Assembly: GCF_009914755.1 (NCBI RefSeq)
Contig: NC_060929.1
Direction: 5' to 3' (one strand)
Origin: the human T2T-CHM13v2.0 reference genome, Homo sapiens
DNA: 64,000 nt
Each line of letters opens with the position of its first letter. Positions within the stretch are counted from its first letter, which is position 1. A program made the position numbers and the translations under genes. This document shows positions 17,761 to 33,127 of this stretch, in pieces. The notes beneath the pieces are model-generated. The model was not told the DNA's origin, ran no database searches, and was given only the letters and a program-made list of their open reading frames with translations.

Positions 17761-18267
17761 AGGACAGAGGCTCCTGGAGGCCATTACGAGCTCTAAAATA
17801 CTATGATTGCTCATGTTAGTGTTTCTTAGTCGGTACAAGGAGTTTCAGAAATACATTTGGGAATCGATTGAAAATACCCCTTTGCAAAACAGAAAAGTAA
17901 TATTCATTGAGTTTAAATGTTCTGTTTAGGAAGTGTCTGTCGTCTTCTTTTTCTAGTCAGACCCAAGCTGGTAGTGACATTGATAATGGCGGTGGTTTTG
18001 GAAGGTGGATAGGGAGCATGAGCTAAGTTAGGGTTGGGTGTATCATTACCTCACAAGATACTATAACCTGACTACATACACAAAGCCATCTGGCCCCACT
18101 CCATTTTCTAGATGGGGAAATTCAGGCCCTGAACCTGGCTCTAGACCCACTTCCCCAACGTTTCTAAATAAATGTTTGAGTTTAGCACACTAGACAAAGT
18201 CACTTTAAGTATCTTAAGCTGACATCAAAGCCAAGTTGACCAAAAAAAAAAAAAAATTTTTTTTTTA

Positions 18268-18642
<375 letters not shown>

Positions 18643-19352
18643 TCATTCTGCCCAACTGCAACTGAACAAGTCAGAAGTCAGGCTGCCTTGGGCCAGTTTT
18701 TCCAAGTACCCAGGTGAGGGGGATTTTTACTAACTGTTGGATCAGTGTTGTGTGAACTAATAGGACAAAAAAATCTATAGGCTTCACCAGTCAAGTAATT
18801 AGACTGACTTTTTTCTCTCTTAAATGTAATGTCAAGAGAGTTGAAATCCAAAGATGGCTACATTTAGAGAACCACGTACTTATTCCATTAATGTTGCTAT
18901 TGCTGTAAACATGCTGGGAAGTCCTTCACAGAAATGTCTTTCAGATCTGGTTTACTTTCCACATTTCTACCCAGCCAGAAGCCCCTCTCACTCAGGCACA
19001 CATGTTTTTTATACATTCATTCAACAACTGTTTGCTTTAATCTCTCTCCCATGGCTCCTCGTGTTAGCAGTTATTAAAGTTTTAAAATAAACCTGTTGTT
19101 GCTGAGGAGCACATTTCCAAGATTATATTTAGAGAAACTTATTTGGATTGCCTTGCTTTCACATCCACGCACTGCCCCTGGTTGAATATTCCTGTCATTC
19201 ACCACATTTTACTCCCACGGACTCTTCCCTGTTTCCAAAATTAAATTCCCCAAGCAAGAACTAGGATGTGACACTATGGTCACCTCTAAAGACACTCAAA
19301 TGTGAAAAGAAAATAATAGAAAATTTAGGAGTTTTAGAAGTGAGTCAATGTT

Positions 19353-19650
19353 GGCCAAGTGCAGTGGCCCAAGCCTGTAATCCCAGCACTCGGGGAGGCT
19401 GAGGCAGGCAGATTACCTGAGGTCAGGAGCTGGAGACCCACCTGGCCAATACAGTGAAACCCCATCTGTACTAAAAATACAAAAATTGGTGGGCATGGTG
19501 GCATGCACCTGTAAGCCCAGCTGCTCAATCAGGAGGCTTAGGCAGGAGAATCGCTTGAACCCGGGAGGCGGAGGTTGCAGTGAGCAGAGATTGTCCATTG
19601 CACTCCAGCCTGGGCAACAGAGCAAGACTCCGTCTCAAGAAAGAAAATAA
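19353..19650 (+). mobile_element. AluS
   Basis: TSD begins AGAAGTGAGTCA. Confidence 0.93.
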
Positions 19651-20129
19651 AGAAGTGAGTCACAGTTACGGTGTGATTCCATGTCATTTCCTGCATTGTT
19701 AATGAACCATAGGCTCTGTGCTGCTCATATCATACCTGCAGTGAGACAATGAACTCTGAAAGCCGGGCATAAAAGGAGAGATACGAATCCATACGAGATG
19801 AAGGCAATTAGGGTAACAAAAGAACCAGAAATTGTATCCCAGAAGCAAGGAAATTTGGAGAAACATGAGATTCTCCTTCTAATACCTGAAGAGTTAACAG
19901 CTCTCCAGTACTTCCCAGCATGCTTAGAGCAATAGCAACATTAATGGAATAAGCACATGTTTCTCCAAAGGTAACCATCTTTTGGATTTCTACTCTCTTG
20001 ACATTACCTTTAAGAGAGAGAAAAAAAATCAGTCTTATTGACTGATGGAGCCTATAGATTTTTTTGTCCTGTTAGTTCACACAACACTGATCCGGCAGTT
20101 AATAAAGGAGATGTTCTGATAGGCATAAG

Positions 20130-20370
20130 GAGCTCAACTATGACCTATGGGCAGATGTCATCCGGAGACAGATTTTGCTATAAATATTTCTTAATCTCAG
20201 AACTGCTCTGAGATTGAATGGACTCCCTTGCGTGTGGTAAGGAGTTCACTGTCACTGAAAGTGTTCAAGTGTACTGTGAAAGATCACTTAGCGGTGATTC
20301 TACAGAGATGATTAGAGCATGGACAGAGAAGTTGTGGTCTCTAAAGTACCCTTCATTCATGAAACTAAAG
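20130..20370 (+). mobile_element. L3/CR1-like 3' fragment abutting the TIMD4 3' end
   Basis: GAGTTCACTGTCACTGAAAGTGTTCAAG and CTCTAAAGTACCCTTCA resemble the recalled CR1/L3 terminus; a similar fragment lies at about 7400-7700. Confidence 0.5.
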
Positions 20371-20496
20371 CAAGCCTGGATCAATGACATCCATGGAATA
20401 AGTGAGTCTTTTTTATGAAACAAGGAAATCTACTAAGACTTATTTTGACACTGGAGTGTCATGCCCCCATCCTCAATCTAACATGCTACTGCGTTG
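20330..20496 (-). other. TIMD4: TIMD4 3' UTR (end approximate)
   Basis: Follows the stop codon. Only variant poly(A) hexamers are present: CATAAA at 20412-20417 and AATGAA at 20352-20357. The end position is inferred. Confidence 0.6.
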
Positions 20497-20581
20497 TTAG
20501 AGGGTAAAAAGGCCGTCTTCGTCTTCCCTTCCATGCTGCACGTCATTGAGGACATTTTTACTATCTCCAATGTAGTCTAGC
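20497..20581 (-). CDS. TIMD4: TIMD4 exon 9 coding part to the TAA stop
   Basis: ctgtttacag|GCTAGAC. Encodes (R)LDYIGDSKNVLNDVQHGREDEDGLFTL*. Exons 2-9 sum to 1079 nt; with a 58-nt exon-1 part this gives the 378-aa protein I recall. Confidence 0.97.
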
Positions 20582-21503
20582 CTGTAAACAGAAAAGAGGG
20601 GCTCATAATGGGAAACACAAGACTAGAAAACAAAACAAAACAGATGCTGCTAAGTTACAGTGCAATTACCCTTAAAGTTCAAAGGGCTCACAGTTCATTT
20701 AGTCTAAGCTCCACATTTTACAGATGGGAAAACTGAGGCTGCAGGGGAAAAAGAGTTTCTGCCAATCCATTATAATGAGATAAAAAAGATTCTTAGCAAA
20801 ATATAAAATCATGATTTCAATACGTTTATTTACCAAAAGGTCTCTAAGTGTGACCTTGAAAGGTCACCTCGCTGGGTGTCAATTTTCCTTCTTGCTAATA
20901 CATATTGTGGTATTAATGCAACTAATTAGTGAATGCAATTAATTAGGCAAGGACTTCATTAATAATTTATGCCTTTTTTAAAAATTTCTTTTCCAAAAGC
21001 TATAGAATAGGGCAAATAGCTAAAATCCCTTACTAGAGAATCTTCAAATACTATTTTTAAAAAGGCCCCAAAACAAGCTGCTTCCATGGTCTAACTGGGC
21101 AGAGGAACCAACTCCCAGGAATAATATTCTACATGCTTTTTTCATTTTCCATATTGCCAACGCTCCTCAATAAACTCCAGTTTAACAATGGCCTCTTAAA
21201 CTAACTTACCCATAGGTGAACAAAAAATTTCAGAGTAAAGTGCCATATCACCTTCTTTCTTTTGCGTGCTATACTTCTATTAATCCCACCTGCCTTGGTA
21301 CTGGCATTTTGCTCAGAGTGTTAACCAAGACACAGGTTAATGTGAGCTAAATCTGCACAACTTTTTCACTTCTAATGTCACATCTTTCCAACTCTATGTG
21401 TAATCGTAACACAAGCTCAAGTCATTAAACCACTGAGTAGTAGCTAATCATTTGTAACAGCTTGTACAATCATTACAACACCCATTCATGCAAGATAGAT
21501 TAC

Positions 21504-21543
21504 CTTGTGTGTTTCTGCGAACAATAGGTTTCCATGAGTTTCC
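21504..21543 (-). CDS. TIMD4: TIMD4 exon 8, cytoplasmic (40 bp)
   Basis: gtcttttcag|GGAAAC ... CACAAG|gtaatc. Encodes GKLMETYCSQKHT(R). Confidence 0.96.
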
Positions 21544-22305
21544 CTGAAAAGACAAGGCCACAGTGTGAGCAGAGTGGCTGCGGTGCATAGAACATGCAAA
21601 ATGCTGGGGGAATTCCAGTGCTGCCCCGCAAAGAGCAGATATGGGCCAAAGGTGAGAACCAGTGGCTGGCTTTGGCAGAAAAAGCCATTCCCTTTCCCAG
21701 GTCAAACACTTGCTATTTTAACCACAGTTAGTGCTCATCAATTACCAAGTTGTTCCAACATTCTGGGCAATGGTGTTAAGCTATTTCATTCTGAGTCATC
21801 TGCCTATCCAGAATTCAAGCACTCACTTGGGTTTCAAAACACTTCTTTACGAGACATACTCAGAATTTTCCAAAACTGTAATCATGCCTTTGTATGAAGG
21901 CTAACAGCAGGATTCCAGTAAATTTTAAATTTGCTTTTGCACCTGGGACAGGTGTTGAAATATACAAGTTTCATTATTATTCAAATCAGCTGAGATGGTT
22001 ACTAGTCTCATCTCCTGACATACTGCCCTGAAACAGCTTTTGTTAATGAGTACAGAACAATTTATCCCCATTTTACAACAGTACCAGGTGCCACGTGCCT
22101 ATAATTTGCCTGAAAACCATAAGCTGTTTCATGGCTGTTTTTGTAGCATTTTAAAACTTTTGGGGGCGGGGGGCAGGGGTGGGATGGAGGTGCAAGGTCA
22201 TGGAGCAGCTTGCTAACTTAATGAAAACTACAGACCTTGTCCCCTGAAAAATGCAGGCATGAACACATAAACACTTTTGCATGTGATTTCAAAGGATTCA
22301 CATTA

Positions 22306-22684
<379 letters not shown>

Positions 22685-23132
22685 AAGAAAACCAGGATTG
22701 TTCATGGTCTTCGTCCTGCAACAATCCTAGCCAAAAGAAGAGACAAGCTAGGGTTTTCCCAACCAAAGAACAGAGAAAGTGAACAAAGTAGGAAATAGTA
22801 CTTTCCTCTTAAGGCAGTAATAGGGATAAAATGAATTAGGCACATCAAGAGTATACCATCAGGACTGGCACAGAAATGTCCAATAAATGAAGGTGCTCTT
22901 CTGCTTTTTTTCCTTTTCCAAAACGTAAACTCTACCAGGAGGTTAATACACAGAGTCATTAGCAGCTTGGGGAGAATGAACTTACCTGTTACTTCCCTGG
23001 CTGGGATGGGAACAATGGCAGAACTGAGCCTCTTTGGGGAGGGATAAAGGGGAAGGAAGTGGAGACAACTCCAGATCCTCCTGCAGTCGCCAGGGTTCTG
23101 AAGTGCTCCATCACCTGGCCCTCCCTCCTTAC

Positions 23133-23250
23133 CTCTCAGGAGAAACGCCACAAACAATGCGAAGAGCACAAATCCCAAGGAGGGGGCGATGATCATCAGT
23201 AGTTGGGAGATGGGCATTTCATTCTTCATTGACATGGGTATTCCATCCAT
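23133..23250 (-). CDS. TIMD4: TIMD4 exon 7, transmembrane exon (118 bp)
   Basis: gtcccatcag|ATGGAT ... CTGAGAG|gtaagg. Encodes MDGIPMSMKNEMPISQLLMIIAPSLGFVLFALFVAFLLR. Confidence 0.97.
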
Positions 23251-23645
23251 CTGATGGGACACAGGCAAGGAGATGGACCCAGTCACTGCTAGATGCCACC
23301 CTCACAAGATGACATCCCAGCCCAATAGCACCTTACAACCACCAGCAGTTTCACTACATTTCACCACCTTTTGTCAAAAATCTCCGAAAACCCAAAACAC
23401 GTGACCCATATCCCAAAATTTTCCGAAGTGTTAGACATCAGGCATAAGGAGCTGTGGGGCTCAGGGGTCTGAGGATAAAAAATAACTGTTGTGAGCTGTG
23501 TTCTCCATGGTCAAATCTCTTTCCTAGCCGCTGCTCAAATCCTTTGAGCTCTCCCTAGCCCTGTGCTACTCTTTTCATGGCTGACTTAGGCTTCTAGAGA
23601 AAACAGGATGAAAGAGAAAATGAAACTTAATTTCACATTTTCTAC

Positions 23646-24025
23646 AGCAGTGGTTCTCAAAGTCTAGATGGGGGGCCCATGAGATCAAAATGATTTTCAT
23701 GAGACATTTTTTGCCATTTTCACTATCATTCTCTCATGAGATATACAGTATACTTTCCCAGAGGCTATGTGATGTGTGATGTCATTGCTGTCACTTACAC
23801 AGAATGTGGAAACAGAGAATCCCTCTGTCTCCTATTAAGCCAGATATTAATGAGATTTGCAAAAAATGTAAAACAATGCCATATTTCTCACTAATTTTTT
23901 CATTCATTTTTCTCACTAATATTTTTTCAAAATAGAGTTAGTTAGTTGCCATAAAACATGTTATGTTAGCACAAAGTGAGTTTGTTGTTATTTTTAAATA
24001 AATTGATTTTTTTAAATGTTTTAAA
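23646..24025. mobile_element. Charlie1-like hAT fragment
   Basis: CAGTGGTTCTCAAAGT end and CTATTAAGCCAGATATTAA.GAGATTTGCAAAAAATGTAAAACAATGCC. Confidence 0.6.
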
Positions 24026-24085
24026 TACAGATACCTGTATAACAAACTTGCACATGTACCCCTGAACCTAAAAGAAAAGTTTAAA

Positions 24086-25083
<998 letters not shown>

Positions 25084-25099
25084 GAAACTGAGTTTCAAA

Positions 25100-26026
25100 C
25101 GTTTAAAAAGACCTTGTGAAAGTCCCCACTGCCAGTAACATGTTCAAGGTGGTTTAGAGGTCCATGGGGCTGACCAGCCTGAGCCTACTCACCTTCAAAG
25201 TCTATGCAGCACCAAAAAAGGACTTCCCTCCCCAAAATCCCATGAAGGTTTATGAGTTTTACTCTACTAAGTTCTCGAGGGCTAATCTAAACATGCAGAT
25301 GAGTCAAGGACCCAGCTTAGGAAAGCATCTCTCAGCTTTGACATTATCAAGAGCTACATAAAAGTTGGTGTCAGGAAAGGTACTCCTAAATGAAGCCAAA
25401 GATGTAAAGTTTGGTTCAATGGGGGTGAGACAGCTATGAATATCTCCAAAATGCACCTGCTGGATTTTTTCCAGGACTGGGTGTTATTGGTTTTGCTGGC
25501 CTTGTTGGACTTCTTTTGGCTAGAGGTTCAAAAATAAAGAAGCAGGCATTTCTACCCAGTTTCATAGGATTAGCAGCCTCTATCCATTATCCACAGCAAG
25601 CCATCGAGTTTGTGCAGGTCAGAAAGGAGATATTATATGACCAGGGTTTATGAGGATACATAGTCGTGGAAGATTTTTGGAAGAAGAACTTTCTAAAGCC
25701 AGGAAATGTGAGGAATTCATCTGAAAATAAATAGAAAATTTCATGCTCTACACATTTTAATCAGTTACAGGTAAGCAACAGAAACTTCAAATGGTCAATC
25801 ATTATTTTTACAGAAAAATAGCAGAGAAGTCAGTATTGAATATATTAAACTGGCTTTCTTCTTCAGGAAAAACTATACTAGGTCTCTGTTATCTTGGGTG
25901 ATGCCATCCTACAAGCAAACAAATCTGAAATCCTTTCACTTAGAGATAAGGCACAAGGCTTAGAACTCCCTGTACTCATGTTGCTATTTACATACATGAT
26001 TAAAATCCAAGTTAAAAAAAGAAAAA
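25100..26026 (+). pseudogene. APOOP1: Processed pseudogene of APOO (MIC26), antisense within TIMD4 intron 6; probably APOOP1
   Basis: Intronless, ATG at 25140 to TAG at 25734: [27 protein letters not shown]...[34 protein letters not shown]...KPGNVRNSSENK*. Has several stops and frameshifts, ATTAAA at 25999-26004 and an A-tail remnant from 26014. Confidence 0.92.
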
Positions 26027-26047
26027 GAGAGAGAGAGAGAGAATATA

Positions 26048-26336
26048 GGCCAGGCATGTTGGCTCACGCCTGTAATCCTGGCACTTTGGGAGGCCAAGAT
26101 GGGTGGACCACTTGAGGCTAGGAACTGAAGACCAGCCTGGCCAACATAATGAAACCACATCTCTGTTAAAAATATAAAAAATCAGCCAGGCATGGTGGCA
26201 TGTGCCTGTAATCCCAGCTACTCAGGAGGCTGAGGCAGGAGAATCACTTGAACCCAGGAGGCAGAGGTTGCGGTGAGTCAAGATTGCGCCACTGCACTCC
26301 AGCCTGGGCAAGAGTGAGACTTTGTCTCAAAAAAAA
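26048..26336 (+). mobile_element. AluS inserted at the pseudogene tail
   Basis: Alu consensus. Confidence 0.93.
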
Positions 26337-26905
26337 TTGAGAACTGCTGCTCTGCAGGCAGGCATTGGGGCATCTTGCTGGGGCTATGCCATCTCCATTG
26401 ACCAAGATATGCTCTCTCCCTCTCTTCCTGTTCCATTCTGTAACACACAGAATCCCAGAGACAGTGGGCACAGCAACCAGGACAGGACAACAGACAGTGT
26501 CTGAGAGAGAGATGGGGAAGAAGAAAGAGGGGATGGGGAAACTTTACTTATCCTTTACAGACTTCTGTACTGCCTGAAGCTTTCACTTAAAATGGCTTGA
26601 ATCACTTTTGTAATAATAAAAATAGCACCCTCAGAAAACAAGAGAAATATTGATGGCAGGTGTTGATTCTGCAGTATGTCATGAACTCTGGGTCACGCAG
26701 ACGGAACACACAATGATCTTGCATGTTTTTTATATTTTTTTCTTTTTGCTTTTCAAAGTATTGGCACATACAGATGTAACAATCAAGGTTATTTCTGCCA
26801 AGAGTACAAGTCTATAAATTATTGGGCTGTTTCATAATTGTTGCAATGAATTTTGCGACAGCAATATCCTGCTTTTCCTAGTCCATCTCTGCAAACCTCT
26901 GCGGA

Positions 26906-27224
26906 TTTTTTGTTTGTTTGTTTTTTGTTTTGTTTTGTTTTAAGAGACACAGTCTCACTCTGCCACCAGGCTGGAGTGCAATAGCGCCATCTTGGCTCAC
27001 TGCAACCTCTGCCTCCTGGGTTCAAGCAATTCTCATGCCTCAGCCTTCTGGGTAGCTGGGACTACAGGCATGTGCCACCACACCTGGCTAATTTTTGCAT
27101 TTTTGATAGAGATGGGGTTTTGCCGTGTTGGCCAGGGTGATCTCAAATTTCTGGCATCAAGTGATCTGCCCACCTTGGCCTCCCAAAGTGCTGGGATTAT
27201 AGGCATGAGCCACCGTGCCTGGCC
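26906..27224 (-). mobile_element. AluS, 60 bp from the exon 6 donor
   Basis: Alu consensus; TSD CTGYGGATTTTT. Confidence 0.93.
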
Positions 27225-27283
27225 ACTACTGTGGATTTTTACTATTTAAGTGATATACTGCAAATACTTCACAGATTTTTTAC

Positions 27284-27333
27284 CTGTCCTGTTTTTGTTG
27301 TTTTGTTCTGCTCAGGAACTGCTGTATCAGATG
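27284..27333 (-). CDS. TIMD4: TIMD4 exon 6 (50 bp, phase 1-0)
   Basis: ttttccttcccag|CATCTG ... GGACAG|gtaaaa. Encodes ASDTAVPEQNKTTKTGQ, including an N-glycosylation sequon NKT. Confidence 0.96.
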
Positions 27334-27669
27334 CTGGGAAGGAAAAGAGAAGAAAATGGTTATATGTCTGGTTGGGGAATAAAATATCACATCCTGAAAT
27401 AGGTAATTAAGAGTCCATCTGGAACTGCAGCTGATGTGTTTAATTATTTAATCCCGTGTTTTTTGTATAATCTATTTATGCATATTTGTTTTGATATGGT
27501 TTTAATGTAAATTTTATCTGCTATACAACGTTATCCCTGGGAACATCACCATTTTACAGATGAGTAGAGTCAGGCATTGGGCCAGTAGGCAATTGGCTCT
27601 AATTTTTCTGTAGGCTTCAGCAATTCATTCAGGATTTTTATCCGGCAAGAAAATTTGTCAGTTTTCTAG

Positions 27670-29560
<1,891 letters not shown>

Positions 29561-30394
29561 TAAAACACACAGGGAGAGGTCCTGGATATAATAAATACCT
29601 AAGCTAATAATTAATGAAATTGATCATTGTTTCCCCAGAGCTTCCTTTGTACTTAAGGCAAAAGGATAAATGTGGTAGATTTTGTAAGGCTCATAATTTG
29701 GTATCAGAGAGCTGATTTGTTCATCAGGAAAGTGACTTGTTAAATGTCACTAGGAACAAAGGGGAAATTCAGCATGTTTTCATATCCTAGAACTAAGTTA
29801 TTGTTGTTTTTCTCTCTGCAATTATCCCCTAGAGCTGAAAATTGCAGGTAAGAATTCAAAACTCCTACCCTTGTTCTGTCAAAATCCTGTTGTATTACAA
29901 TCATTTGTGATGAATAAGCCTGAAATTGAAACTATCAAACAGAAAAGCCAGCCTGGGTCAGTTTTGTCAGAGCTAATCTGTATTTTAAATTGGAATCGTC
30001 CAATGGGAGAGACATTTTGCAAACACAAATGCTGCTGCGTGATACCAAACAGCACTTTTTTCTTTCTTCTTCTTCTTCTTCTGAAGATGCTAAAAGCCCA
30101 AATGGGAAGCACTCCAAGGGCTACAGTGTCATACACAGAATGGCAACACTGAGAACAAGTTGACTGTGATTTTTCTTCCTTGTGAAAAGTAGCCATGCCA
30201 GTGGCAAGGGGATGGGGTTAGACAAGGCAAAACTACTGATTTCCAGGTTGTCTGTGTTCCCCCAGCCCTTAGATTCTCAAGGCCCTGAGCTCTGACACAT
30301 GTACATTGAGACAAAGGCAGGAGCCTCCCAGAACTTGGGAGTAAAGCAATTCTGCAAGAGGGAAGTATAATGAGTAGCATAGTATCACTACCCC

Positions 30395-30815
30395 CTCTCC
30401 CCACCAAATCACATCCACCCAGAACCTCAGACTGTGACATTGTTTAGAAATTGTGTCCTTGCAGATGTAATTAGTTAAGCTCTTGAGACGAAATCATTCT
30501 ACATTTAGGGTAGGCCCTAAATCCAATGATTGGTGTCCTTAAGAGAAGGGGTCACAGAGAGACACACACAGAGAAGGTCATGTGAAGACGAGAGAGATGG
30601 GAGTGATGCTGTCATAAGCCAGGGAATCCCTGGAGTACCAGAAGCTAGGAAGAGGCAAGGAAGGGTTCTCCTTTAGAGCCTCCAAGGAGAGCATGGCTGT
30701 GCCAACCCCTTGATTTGTCAGACTTCTGCCCTCCAGAACTGAGAGAGAATGAAAATTTCCGTGGTTTTAAGTTTGTGGTACTTTGTGTTACAGCAGCCCC
30801 AGGAAATAAATTCAA
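30395..30815 (+). mobile_element. MLT1B-like MaLR LTR
   Basis: CAGAACCTCAG..GTGAC..TTGCAGATGTAATTAGTTAAG and GACTTCTG.CCTCCAGAACTG motifs. Confidence 0.8.
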
Positions 30816-30960
30816 AGGAATCAACACACAAAGAATGAAAGCAACCTTAAACAGGGGTAACCAACCTAAAAAAAAGTCAGGAAGTGGGTGCTGAGCACAG
30901 GTAAGAAGACTAAATCCAACGAAAGATCCTAGTATTAAACTCCAAAGAGTATAAATCTAA

Positions 30961-31283
<323 letters not shown>

Positions 31284-31849
31284 TCACACTGAATATTTAA
31301 TCCTCACAAGCAACCCTATGAGACAGACATTATGCCATATTGCCAGTGAAAAAAATGAGGCCCATGGGGTTGAGCAATGTGATGGAGGTTGGACAGGTGG
31401 TAGTTGTGGAGCTGGGATTTGAACTGTTTGACTGACATAAATACCTATACTGTTAACAACCTCATTATGCTGGAGTTCAAGTGCCTTGTACCATATAAAT
31501 AGCATGTCCTACTGACAGAAGAAAGGAATGTTCAGGACAGTGATTTGCACTGAATGTAGAAAAAGGATAGTTTAGGACAGTGGTCTCTAAAGAGGGCTCG
31601 GTACTCACCATGAGTGTAGCAGGCAATCCACTGGCTGTGGGGAAAATGACAACTTCTATTTACATTTATTTATACCTTATCTTTTAAACATTTTCCAGAA
31701 GGATATATTTCATAATGTACTGAACAAATTGGTAAACAAATATAAATAAGCATCTTAATAACAAGAATACATTATTTTTCATCAGAACACATTATTAGTC
31801 TGGTCTAGAGAAGAAGGAGTCATTCATCTCTCAAATGTAGTTTGGAGAC

Positions 31850-32345
31850 TGTGGTCAGCAAAATAATGACACCCAAATATGTCCATGTCCTAATCTTCAG
31901 AAACTGTGAATATGTTCTCTTCCATGGCAAAAGATATTTTGCAATGTCATTAAGCTAAGGATCTTGTGATGAGAAGATTATCCTGGGTTATCTGGTGGGT
32001 CTCATGTAATTACAAGGGTCCTTATGAGGAGGTGGCAAGAAAGTTAGAGAAGAAGTCAGAGGATGTGTGATAAAGGAAGAAGAGATCACAGAGAGAGAGA
32101 GATATTTGAAGATGCTATGCTGCTGACTTTGAGGATGAAGGAAGGAGTCACAAGCCAAGGAATGCCTCTAGGAGCTAGAAAAAGCAAAGAAACAAATTAT
32201 CCCCTAACAAATCCAGTATGAATATAGCCCTGCCAACACCTTGATTTTAGAGCTTCTACCCTTCACAACTCTGAGATAATAAATTTGTGTGTTAAGCCAG
32301 TAAGTTTGAGGTCATTTGTTACAGCAGCAACAAGAAACTAATACA
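31850..32345 (+). mobile_element. MLT1D-like MaLR solo LTR
   Basis: TGTGG...AACTAATACA with a 5-bp TSD GAGAC on both sides. Confidence 0.85.
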
Positions 32346-33049
32346 GAGACAGTGGTTCCTAAGACCTTCCAAAAGAACAGTTGTTCTGGGACAGGCACAA
32401 GATATGAAAGGAAGATTGACTTTTCATGTTAACATTTTTTGCATGCTTTGTACTTTTTCCATGAGTGTGTATGATGTATCTTAAATTAATTAAAATTTAA
32501 ACATTAACAAAACAATCTTAACATTAACTCCACTTTTCCTGGGTCCATGGATTCACCAAACCTTCTGGTTAATATTAGATGTTTCTATAGGATGAGAATA
32601 CATTTACAGGAGGATTACAGGTTAGATCTCTTGGCAGCTAGAATTCTTACTGTAAGTTAGTAAATTGGCTTTCTAGCTTGTATTTTGGTCTCTTGAGTTC
32701 TTGGTAGGCATGGGCACTCTGGTAAAATGAAATTCCTGTAACACTTAACCTTAGATCTTGGAGTATTGCCAAGGGCTTGCCCCTCAGCCTTCCTCACTGT
32801 GGCATCCTGGGACTCTCTGCCATCACTAAGTATTTATGTCAACTTTCCTGGCTATGCGACCTTGGCTAAGATACTTTCCTTCTCTGAGCCATAGTTTCTT
32901 CATCTGAAAATATTAATATTTCACCAACTGATCTCCTATATCCTTTTTAACCTTTCTAATTCTGGATATCTTTTTTCAAAGAATTTTACTGAGAAAAATT
33001 ATCATTACACAGTATTCTTTTAAAAGGATATAAAACTACGCTTAGTATA

Positions 33050-33127
33050 GGGAATGAGTATGCAAATACTTAAAAATACATACAGAAATACAATTATGTA
33101 TTCTTAAATATTTGCATACTTATTCCC
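33050..33127. repeat. Inverted repeat, 33-bp arms with a 12-nt loop
   Basis: 33050-33082 versus the reverse complement of 33095-33127: 30 of 33 identical. Confidence 0.95.
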
